Origin: Delftia acidovorans NBRC 14950
Lineage (GTDB): Bacteria > Pseudomonadota > Gammaproteobacteria > Burkholderiales > Burkholderiaceae_C
NCBI RefSeq assembly: GCF_001598795.1
Contig: NZ_BCZP01000002.1
Span: forward strand, 180,001 to 212,000
Direction: 5' to 3'
Length of the DNA stretch: 32,000 nt
The position numbers and the translations under genes were made by a program. The notes beneath the pieces were generated by a model, which worked only from the letters and a program-made list of their open reading frames with translations, was not told where the DNA came from and did not search any database. Positions 25,196-32,000 of the stretch are shown one piece after another; position 1 is the first letter of the stretch, and each line of letters starts with the position of its first letter.

Positions 25196-27421
25196 TCAGT
25201 ATGTCCACTTGAGCGAGGCCACGGCCGAGCGGCCTGCGGCCATGGTCGCGTAGTGGGGCGAGCGGATGCCGCTGTAGTAGACCTTGTCGCCCAGGTTGTA
25301 CAGGTTCAGCTGCACGGTCAGGTTGCGGTCGATCTGGTAGGCCACCATGGCGTCGTAGCGCGCATAGCCGCTGGCGCCCTTGGTGACGATGCCGCCATCC
25401 ACCGTGGACAGGATGTAGCTCTGGTTCACGCTGCTCTGGGCGTAGATGCCCAGGCCCACGGTCAGCTTTGCCATGGGCTTGTAGCTGGTCCACAGGCTGA
25501 AGCTGTGCTTGGGCGTGTTGGGGAAGGGCTGGCCATTGGCCACGCTGCCCGCGCCGGCGTTCTTCTGCTCGCTGTCCATGTAGGTGTAGCCGCCGAAGAC
25601 GCTCAGGCCCGGCAGCACGCTGCCCGTAAAGCCCAGCTCCACACCGTTGACCACCTTGTTGCCGCCCATATAGGTGACGCCGTTTTCGGTGATGCGCGCA
25701 TTGGTCACGTCGTTGCGGAACAGCGCGGCCGTCAGCGCCAGGCGCTTTTCCATCAGGTCCCACTTGGTGCCCAGTTCGAGCGAGCGGGTCTTCTCGGGAG
25801 CGAGGTTGGCCAGCTGGTCGGTGGAGATGCCCAGGTCCTCGTTGCCGTTGCCCAGCATGGAGCCGCCGGGGCGCGAGGAGGTGCCGATGCTGGCGTAGAT
25901 GCTGCCGTTGGTGGCCGGCTTGTAGACCAGGCCCAGCTGGTAGTTGAAAAGCGTGTCCGAGCGGCTCAGGTCATAGGCGGGCGTGTTGCGGCCGGCGGGG
26001 CCGGAGGCGCTGAGTTTGTAGTGGTCCATGCGCAGGCCGGCGTTGAGCAACCACTGGTCGTTGAACTTCAGCGTGTCGAAGCCGTACAGCGCCACGGTGT
26101 CGATCTGGTTGTGGCTGGGGTCGCCCAGCGTCACGGGCAGGTTCCACAGCGGGCTGCTGTCGGGGTTGTTCAGCGAGGCGCACCACAGGCTGGCGGCCGT
26201 GCAGGTGGTGTTGGTGGTCTGTACGGCAGCCGTGCGGGATTCTGCCTTTTCCTTGGACAGCTCCAGGCCGAACGAGTAGCTGTGGCCCACGCTGCCGGTC
26301 TGGGCCTTGCCCGTGAATTCCGAGAGGTTCTGCAGCGTCTTGATGTCGGCCACGCGTGCATTGCCACGGCGGAACACATAGCCATTGACGACATTGCCCT
26401 TGCTGTCGTCGGGCTGGGTCCACAGGTAGTCCTGTTCGGTCTTGCTGTAGCGCAGGCTGTTGCGGAACTTCTGGGTGTCGGTGAACTTGTGCTCCACGGT
26501 GGCCGTGAACAGGTCGCTCTTTTCCTTTTCGTAGTCGCGGCTGGTCAGGCCGTACCAGTTGTCGCGGTTGTTGCCGTAGGTGGGACGCACCACGCTGCCG
26601 CCGCGCAGGCCGGCCGCAGCCGTGTTGCTGTACAGGTAGGGCACGCCGCCATCGGGAATGTTGTCGGTCTGCAGGTGCTGCCAGGACAGCGAGACCTCGG
26701 TGGGCGTGCCCATGCCGAAGGTCACCGTGGGGGCAATGCCCCAGCGCTTGTTCTCGGGGCCGCTGCGGCCGGGAACGTCGGCGTCATGCACCATGGCGTT
26801 CAGGCGCAGGCCCACGCCTTCGCCCAGCACGCGGTTGGCGTCGATGGTGGCGCGCCGGTAGCTGTCCGTGCCCAGGCCCACGTCGCCGCTGATGAAGTTC
26901 TCGTTCCTGGCCTTCTTGGTCACCAGGTTGATGGAGCCGCCCGCGCCGCCACGGCCTGCATAGGCCGAATCGGCGCCCTTGATGACTTCTACCGCTTCCA
27001 GGTTGAACACCTCGCGCGTGCCGGCCGCAATGTCGCGCATGCCGTCCACGAAGGTGCTGGCCTGGGCATCCATGCCGCGGATGAAGGGCTGGTCACCCGA
27101 GGGGTTGCCACCTTCGCCGTTGCCGAAGGTGATGCCGGGCGTGGACCGCAGGGCTTCCTGCAGGCTGGTCGCGCCGGTCTGCTTGATGATTTCCTCGTTG
27201 ATGACCTGCACCGTCTTGGGCGTGTCCACCAGCGGGGCCGTGAACTTGGCCGAGGAGGCGTTGTCGGTCTTGACGGGCGCTTCGGTCGAAGACGTCACGT
27301 TCACGGTGCCCAGCGTGGTGCTGGTCTGCGCGAAGGCCGAGGTGCCCGCGAGGCACAGGGCAGCGGCAAGGGCCAGCTGGGTGAGGTTCGCGGGGGGGAG
27401 GATTTGTTGGATTTTGCTCAT
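25196..27421 (-). CDS. fiu: TonB-dependent catecholate-type siderophore receptor (Fiu/PiuA family)
   Basis: From ATG 27421 (GGAGTG RBS) the product starts MSKIQQILPPANLTQLALAAALCLAGTSAFAQ.. It can be aligned by eye along the plug and early barrel with E. coli Fiu (..KFTAPLVDTPKTVQVINEEIIKQTGATSLQEALRSTPGI.., ..FIRGMDAQASTFVDGMRD.., ..VEVIKGADSAYAGRGGAGGSINLVTK.., ..HLQTDNIPDGGVPY..). Confidence 0.9.
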   Translation of the reverse strand: MSKIQQILPPANLTQLALAAALCLAGTSAFAQTSTTLGTVNVTSSTEAPVKTDNASSAKFTAPLVDTPKTVQVINEEIIKQTGATSLQEALRSTPGITFGNGEGGNPSGDQPFIRGMDAQASTFVDGMRDIAAGTREVFNLEAVEVIKGADSAYAGRGGAGGSINLVTKKARNENFISGDVGLGTDSYRRATIDANRVLGEGVGLRLNAMVHDADVPGRSGPENKRWGIAPTVTFGMGTPTEVSLSWQHLQTDNIPDGGVPYLYSNTAAAGLRGGSVVRPTYGNNRDNWYGLTSRDYEKEKSDLFTATVEHKFTDTQKFRNSLRYSKTEQDYLWTQPDDSKGNVVNGYVFRRGNARVADIKTLQNLSEFTGKAQTGSVGHSYSFGLELSKEKAESRTAAVQTTNTTCTAASLWCASLNNPDSSPLWNLPVTLGDPSHNQIDTVALYGFDTLKFNDQWLLNAGLRMDHYKLSASGPAGRNTPAYDLSRSDTLFNYQLGLVYKPATNGSIYASIGTSSRPGGSMLGNGNEDLGISTDQLANLAPEKTRSLELGTKWDLMEKRLALTAALFRNDVTNARITENGVTYMGGNKVVNGVELGFTGSVLPGLSVFGGYTYMDSEQKNAGAGSVANGQPFPNTPKHSFSLWTSYKPMAKLTVGLGIYAQSSVNQSYILSTVDGGIVTKGASGYARYDAMVAYQIDRNLTVQLNLYNLGDKVYYSGIRSPHYATMAAGRSAVASLKWTY

Positions 27422-27444
27422 GTTCACTCCGATGAAAGCCCGCG

Positions 27445-27463
27445 GATTGTTATTGCGAATCAC
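27445..27463. promoter_or_regulatory. Candidate Fur box in the Fiu-like receptor promoter
   Basis: GATTGTTATTGCGAATCAC shares the core TGCGAA(T/C)CA with the palindrome at 20193-20209. It matches only about 10 of 19 positions of the E. coli consensus. On the minus strand it overlaps a possible -10 that follows TTTACG at a 17-nt spacing. Confidence 0.35.
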
Positions 27464-27570
27464 TAGTGTTCGGTTTCTGCTTCGTAAAGTTGGCCTGTTT
27501 GCCCTGGGTAAAAGTCCTTCGCGTTGCCGCCATGCAACAAACGAAAACCGTGTTTCACCAAAGATTCAAT

Positions 27571-27595
27571 GAAAAAGCGGCTGTCGCCAGCCGCT
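27571..27595 (-). terminator. Rho-independent terminator of aqpZ
   Basis: The stem is AGCGGCTG (27576-27583) and CAGCCGCT (27588-27595) around a 4-nt loop. On the minus strand it is followed by TTTTTC. It lies 41 nt past the aqpZ stop. Confidence 0.7.
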
Positions 27596-27635
27596 TGAGT
27601 CTGCTGCGAGGCGCCTGCAGCGCCCGTCCCTGGCC

Positions 27636-28340
27636 TTATTCGTTGGCCGGGTTGGCCAGCAGGGCCTTGTAGATCACGGCGCCGATCAGCGCACCCACGA
27701 TGGGGGCCACCCAGAACAGCCACAGTTGCGAGATGGCGATCTCGGGGCCGAACAGGGCCGGGCCCGTGCTGCGCGCGGGGTTGACCGAGGTATTGGTCAC
27801 GGGAATCGAGATCAGGTGGATCAGCGTCAGGCACAGGCCGATGGCCAGCCCGCCAAAGCCGGCCGCCGCGCGCTTGGCCGTGGCGCCCAGGATGACCAGG
27901 ATGAAGAAGGCGGTCATCACCACCTCGGTGACCAGGGCTGCCGTCATGCCGTAGCCGCCCGGCGAATGCGCGCCGTAGCCGTTGGTGGCAAAGCCGCCGA
28001 TGTCGGCACCGGCCTTGCCCGTGGCGATCACATAGAGGATGGCCGCGCCCGTGATGGCGCCCAGCACCTGCGAGACGATGTAGCCCGGCAGTTCGCTCCA
28101 GGCAAAGCGCCCGCCCATGGCCAGGCCCACGGAGACGGCCGGGTTGAAGTGCCCGCCCGAGATGGGCCCGAAGGCATAGGCGCCCGTGAGCACCGTCAGG
28201 CCGAAGGCCAGCGAGACGCCGACCAGGCCGATGCCCACCTGCGGGAAGGCGGCGGCCAGCACGGCCGCACCGCAGCCGCCCAGGGTCAGCCACAGGGTCC
28301 CGAGGAATTCGGCGGACCATTTTTGAACAGAGCTGTGCAT
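27636..28340 (-). CDS. aqpZ: Aquaporin Z
   Basis: The last 234 codons of track ORF 27636..30545 read [30 protein letters not shown]...[12 protein letters not shown]...[16 protein letters not shown].., with two NPA boxes and an MIP fold. A GGAGAT RBS lies upstream of ATG 28340. Confidence 0.92.
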   Translation of the reverse strand: MHSSVQKWSAEFLGTLWLTLGGCGAAVLAAAFPQVGIGLVGVSLAFGLTVLTGAYAFGPISGGHFNPAVSVGLAMGGRFAWSELPGYIVSQVLGAITGAAILYVIATGKAGADIGGFATNGYGAHSPGGYGMTAALVTEVVMTAFFILVILGATAKRAAAGFGGLAIGLCLTLIHLISIPVTNTSVNPARSTGPALFGPEIAISQLWLFWVAPIVGALIGAVIYKALLANPANE

Positions 28341-28502
28341 GGAAAATCTCCTGAAGCAGGCCCGCCATTGCGCCCGGGCCCTGCGCGCACCGTCCGCCGC
28401 ACAGCGGAAAGTGGCGCAGTTATAGCCCTGCGCCAGCCCCGCCGTGAGGGCGAAAAAGTGAACAATCGTCCAGAGCCTGCGTCGCCACAGGGGCGGCGGG
28501 GT

Positions 28503-28530
28503 CTTGATAATGCGCTCGCCGGCCCGAGAT
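28503..28530 (+). promoter_or_regulatory. Candidate sigma-32 (heat-shock) promoter of htpG
   Basis: CTTGATAA (28503-28510) is followed after 12 nt by CCCGAGAT (28523-28530). This compares with the CTTGAAA / CCCCATNT consensus; the -10 match is imperfect. It lies about 55 nt upstream of the htpG ATG. Confidence 0.35.
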
Positions 28531-28583
28531 GAGGGCTGATTTTTTCCCTGTTGTGAACCCATAGGACATAGGACACTGTCTGC

Positions 28584-30536
28584 ATGAGCAAGCAAACCCA
28601 TTCTTTTCAGGCCGAAGTTGCACAACTGCTGCACCTGGTCACGCATTCGCTGTACTCCAACCCCGAGATCTTCCTGCGCGAGCTGGTCTCCAACGCCTCC
28701 GACGCCTGCGACAAGCTGCGCTTCGAGGCGCTGAACAATGCCGCGCTGTATGAAGACCAGCCCAACCTGGAAGTGCGCGTGTCCTTCGACGCCGCCGCCA
28801 AGACGCTGACCATTGCCGACACCGGCATCGGCATGAGCGAGCAGGAAGCCATCGACAACCTGGGCACCATCGCCAAGAGCGGCACCAAGGCCTTCATGGA
28901 CAAGCTGTCGGGCGACCAGAAGTCGGACTCGCAGCTGATCGGCCAGTTCGGCGTGGGCTTTTACTCGGGCTACATCGTGGCCGACAAGATCACCGTGGAA
29001 ACACGCCGCGCGGGCCTGCCGGCCTCCGAAGGCGTTCGCTGGACCAGCGGCGGCACGGGCGAGTTCGAGGTCGAGCAGATCGAGCGCCCCCAGCGCGGCA
29101 CCAGCATCACGCTGCACCTGCGCCCCGAGGCCGAGGAGTTCCTCAACGCCTGGAAGATCAAGCAGGTCATCGGCAAGTACTCCGACCACATCAGCCTGCC
29201 CATCCTCATGGAAAAAGAGGAGTGGAAGGACGGCGAGAACGACCAGCCCGGCACCATGGAGAAGACGGGCGAGTGGGAGACCATCAACAAGGCCAGCGCG
29301 CTGTGGACGCGTCCCAAGAAGGACATCACGGCCGAGCAGTACCAGGACTTCTACAAGGCCATCAGCCACGACTTCGAGAACCCGCTGACCTGGAGCCACA
29401 ACCGCGTCGAGGGCAACACCGAGTACACGCAGCTGCTGTTCATCCCCGCCAAGGCGCCGTTCGACCTCTACAACCGCGACAAGAAGGCCGGCGTCAAGCT
29501 CTACGTCAAGCGCGTCTTCATCATGGATGACGCCGAGGCGCTGATGCCCGGCTACCTGCGCTTCGTCAAGGGCGTGATCGACTCGGCCGACCTGCCGCTG
29601 AACGTCAGCCGCGAGCTGCTGCAGGAAAGCCGCGACGTGCGCCTGATCCGCGACGGCTCGACCAAGCGCGTGCTGTCCATGCTGGAAGACCTGGCCAAGC
29701 ACGATCGCCACGACGCTGCCGCTGACGCGGCGGCCGACGGCGTCACCGACGTGGTCAGTGAAGAGGACAAGGCCAAGGAAGGCAAGTACAGCCAGTTCTA
29801 CGCCGAGTTCGGCCCCGTGCTCAAGGAAGGCCTGGGCGAGGACTTTGCCAACAAGGAACGCATCGCCAAGCTGCTGCGCTTTTCTTCCACCAGCCAGGAC
29901 GAGGCCATCGTCTCGCTGGCCGACTACAAGGCCCGCATGAAGGAAGGCCAGGACGCGATCTACTACATCACGGCCGACTCCCTGACCGCAGCCCGCAACA
30001 GCCCGCAGCTCGAAGTCTTCCGCAAGAAGGGCATCGAAGTGCTGCTGATGGCCGACCGCGTGGACGAATGGGCCATGGGCTACCTGACCGAATTCGACGG
30101 CACGCCGCTGCAGTCCGTGGCCAAGGGCGCCGTGGACCTGGGCAAGCTGCAGGACGAAGAGGAAAAGAAGGCCGCCGAGGAAGCGGCCGAGACTTTCAAG
30201 CCCCTGCTGGCCAAGCTCAAGGAAGCGCTCAAGGACAAGGCCGAGGACGTGCGCGTGACCACGCGCCTGGTGGACTCGCCCGCCTGCCTGGTGGTGCAGG
30301 ACGGCGGCATGAGCCTGCAACTGGCGCGCCTGCTCAAGCAGGCCGGCCAGCAGGCGCCGGACGCCCGCCCCGTGCTGGAGGTCAATCCCGAGCATCCGCT
30401 GGTCAAGAAGCTGGACGGTTCGGTGCATTTCCATGACCTGGCCAACATCCTGTTCGACCAGGCCGTGTTGGCCGAAGGCGGCATGCCCGAAGACCCGGCC
30501 GCCTACGTCAGGCGCGTGAACGCGCTGCTGGCGTGA
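28584..30536 (+). CDS. htpG: Molecular chaperone HtpG (Hsp90)
   Basis: The 650-aa product reads [50 protein letters not shown].., containing the GHKL ATPase N-domain signature, and ..GQFGVGFYS.. Confidence 0.95.
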   Translation: MSKQTHSFQAEVAQLLHLVTHSLYSNPEIFLRELVSNASDACDKLRFEALNNAALYEDQPNLEVRVSFDAAAKTLTIADTGIGMSEQEAIDNLGTIAKSGTKAFMDKLSGDQKSDSQLIGQFGVGFYSGYIVADKITVETRRAGLPASEGVRWTSGGTGEFEVEQIERPQRGTSITLHLRPEAEEFLNAWKIKQVIGKYSDHISLPILMEKEEWKDGENDQPGTMEKTGEWETINKASALWTRPKKDITAEQYQDFYKAISHDFENPLTWSHNRVEGNTEYTQLLFIPAKAPFDLYNRDKKAGVKLYVKRVFIMDDAEALMPGYLRFVKGVIDSADLPLNVSRELLQESRDVRLIRDGSTKRVLSMLEDLAKHDRHDAAADAAADGVTDVVSEEDKAKEGKYSQFYAEFGPVLKEGLGEDFANKERIAKLLRFSSTSQDEAIVSLADYKARMKEGQDAIYYITADSLTAARNSPQLEVFRKKGIEVLLMADRVDEWAMGYLTEFDGTPLQSVAKGAVDLGKLQDEEEKKAAEEAAETFKPLLAKLKEALKDKAEDVRVTTRLVDSPACLVVQDGGMSLQLARLLKQAGQQAPDARPVLEVNPEHPLVKKLDGSVHFHDLANILFDQAVLAEGGMPEDPAAYVRRVNALLA

Positions 30537-30588
30537 GTTCCTCACAAGGATTGCCTCGCCGCATTCCCTAGGCCTTAGTGCCTGCTCA

Positions 30589-30655
30589 CTGCCGCGCCAG
30601 CGCGCGGCAGATCAGCATTGCAAGCCGGTGCCAGCCAAGCTGCCACCGGCTTTTT
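30589..30655 (+). terminator. Tandem hairpins after htpG; the second is a canonical rho-independent terminator
   Basis: Hairpin 1 is CTGCCGCGC-cagc-GCGCGGCAG (30589-30610). Hairpin 2 is GCCGGTGCCAGC-caa-GCTGCCACCGGC (30624-30650, one mismatch), followed by TTTTT (30651-30655). Confidence 0.75.
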
Positions 30656-30674
30656 CACGTCTGCGTTCCGTGAG

Positions 30675-30785
30675 GAAAACCGACCGAAAAAGCTCGACTC
30701 ACAAAAAACTCACAAATACTTCTAAATACTCACTTTTGTTAAAAATTCCAGATCATATTTACTTTTGGTAATAAAGAACCATCAT
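30675..30785 (+). promoter_or_regulatory. AT-rich island with phased short repeats upstream of the DUF11 gene (probable promoter/regulatory region)
   Basis: This is visibly the most AT-rich stretch in the window. ACTCAC occurs at 30697, 30708 and 30728 (spacings of 11 and 20 bp). AAATACT occurs at 30714 and 30724. ACTTTTG occurs at 30732 and 30761. Confidence 0.35.
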
Positions 30786-30901
30786 GCCTCCTTTTGGTGC
30801 GTCCGGTTGTCGGCTTTTTGACAGAGCTGTTCCAGCCGGGCACCTCGTGCGTCCGTGCCTGCGGCATTCGGCGCTGTCAACGAAGCAAAAGAGAGGTTTG
30901 T

Positions 30902-32000
30902 ATGGCTTTCACGAGAAAGGGCTGGCTGGCGCGTGCGCTGCTGTCCGGCGGCTTGCTGGCAACAGCGGCTGCCGTGGCGGCGCCGGCCGACACCGACATC
31001 CTGGTCAACCAGGACGGTCTCTATGACGGACAGGACGCATCGGCAGGCCCTGCCGGCGGCACCTTCACCTATGTGGCCAAGGTCAGGCACAACAACATCG
31101 GTCCCGACGCCGTAGGCGTCACCCTGACCGAGGTGCTGCCCGTGGGCGCCGTGTTCCAGGGCTACAGCAGCAGCCCGGGCGGCATCACCTGCACGGCACC
31201 CGCGGCCGGTACGGTGCTCACCGCAGGCAACAACACGCTGGTCTGCAACATCGGCAACCTGGCGCCCGCCGATGGCTTCAAGTCCGTGGGCTTCGAGGTC
31301 ATCCTGCCGACCGTCGGCACCAACTGGCGCGCCGTGGCCAGTGCGCGCATGGCCTCGCCCGACTACGACAACGACCAGAACAACACGCAGCTGGACCGCA
31401 ACTTCACCACCACCGAGGCCGCCGATCTGGCCATCGCGATGGCCGCTCCCGCCAGCGTCGCCAACGGCGGCGCCTTCCAGTACACCATCGACGTGCAGAA
31501 CAAGGGCCCGTCCGAGGTGCCCGCCGGTGGCCGTACCGTGGTGCGTTTCCCCGTGCCCAACGGCGCCGTGATCACGGGCGCGCCTGCAGGCAGCGGCTGG
31601 AGCTGTACGCCCGCCTCGGGCTATCCGCTGATCTCGGGCGAACTCAGCTGCACGCGCGGCGGACCCGTGGCGCCGGGCGCCGTGCTGCCTTCCATCTCCG
31701 TGCCGGCCATCGCCAACATGAGCGGCACCATTGCTGGCGCTGCCAGCGTCAAGGGCTACAAGGACGCCAGCACGGAGATGCCGGACGGCCAGTCCGGCAA
31801 CAACACCGCCAGCGCCGCCGTGGTCTCCAGCGGCAGCGAGTTCGTGGATGTCTCGCTGCGCAAGCAGGTGGCGCCCACGGTGCTGGATGCGCTGCAGGCG
31901 ACCGAGGTCACCTACACGCTGCAGCCGCGCCGCGAGGGCGGCTCCCTCGTGCCGCGCGATCTCACCGTCACCGACACCCTGCCGGCCGGCGTGACCTTCA
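30902..32000 (+). CDS. Secreted DUF11 (conserved repeat domain) surface protein, N-terminal part (continues past the window end)
   Basis: Absent from the ORF track because it is open at the window edge. I translated it by hand from ATG 30902 (GAGAGG RBS at 30890-30895) and found no stop through 32000. The product has a signal peptide MAFTRKGWLARALLSGGLLATAAAVAAPA, then at least three DUF11-like units (for example DLAIAMAAPASVANGGAFQYTIDVQNKGPSEVPAGGRTVVRFPVPNGAVITGAPAGSGWSC...ELSCTRGGPVAPGAVL). Confidence 0.8.
   Translation, partial: MAFTRKGWLARALLSGGLLATAAAVAAPADTDILVNQDGLYDGQDASAGPAGGTFTYVAKVRHNNIGPDAVGVTLTEVLPVGAVFQGYSSSPGGITCTAPAAGTVLTAGNNTLVCNIGNLAPADGFKSVGFEVILPTVGTNWRAVASARMASPDYDNDQNNTQLDRNFTTTEAADLAIAMAAPASVANGGAFQYTIDVQNKGPSEVPAGGRTVVRFPVPNGAVITGAPAGSGWSCTPASGYPLISGELSCTRGGPVAPGAVLPSISVPAIANMSGTIAGAASVKGYKDASTEMPDGQSGNNTASAAVVSSGSEFVDVSLRKQVAPTVLDALQATEVTYTLQPRREGGSLVPRDLTVTDTLPAGVTF

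Noticed and set aside
28341-30545. The upstream two-thirds of the 969-aa minus-strand ORF 27636..30545.
   Set aside because: It lies exactly antisense to htpG, whose translation is unmistakable. Its sequence is Ala/Gly/Arg/Leu/Val-rich with no recognisable domain. Only the last 234 codons (aqpZ, 27636-28340) are real. This is a high-GC antisense shadow ORF.

Overview
This is a high-GC segment (roughly two-thirds G+C by eye). Its gene content suggests a betaproteobacterium, probably Burkholderiales or Comamonadaceae: two Bug/TctC binding proteins, a HAAT-type ABC transporter and a FecIR cell-surface signalling module. The taxon is inference only. I can support about 24 protein-coding genes. 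I saw no rRNA, tRNA, CRISPR array, transposase, integrase, phage gene or recognisable defence gene.

Gene order, left to right:
- Aldo/keto reductase (partial) divergent from a LysR regulator, then a small lipoprotein.
- A minus-strand block: Bug binding protein, PaaK-like CoA ligase, livF-like, binding protein, livM-like, livH-like, livG-like, and a long AMP-dependent CoA ligase, with a divergent Crp-family regulator.
- A minus-strand operon of acyl-CoA dehydrogenase, Bug protein and family III CoA-transferase, with a divergent IclR regulator.
- A DUF2628 membrane protein.
- A pseudouridine synthase with a roughly 295-residue Arg/Asp-rich repeat extension.
- An iron block: FecI-like sigma factor, FecR-like anti-sigma factor, transducer-type TonB receptor, then convergent Fiu-like receptor and PiuC/YbiX oxygenase.
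- aqpZ divergent from htpG.
- An AT-rich island followed by the start of a secreted DUF11-repeat protein that runs off the window end.

I do not see convincing evidence for a new multi-gene system; most of the window is ordinary core or metabolic DNA. The features most worth a second look are:
1. A structured repeat family of about 110-120 bp, in three copies, each locked in orientation and position to the stop codon of the upstream gene.
2. The nested, synonymously diverged tandem repeats that encode the R/D-rich extension of the pseudouridine synthase.
3. The AT-rich, phased-repeat island in front of the DUF11 surface-protein gene.
4. Several repeat-structured divergent regulatory regions.

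Many long ORFs in the track are antisense or alternate-frame shadows typical of high-GC DNA, and I rejected them.
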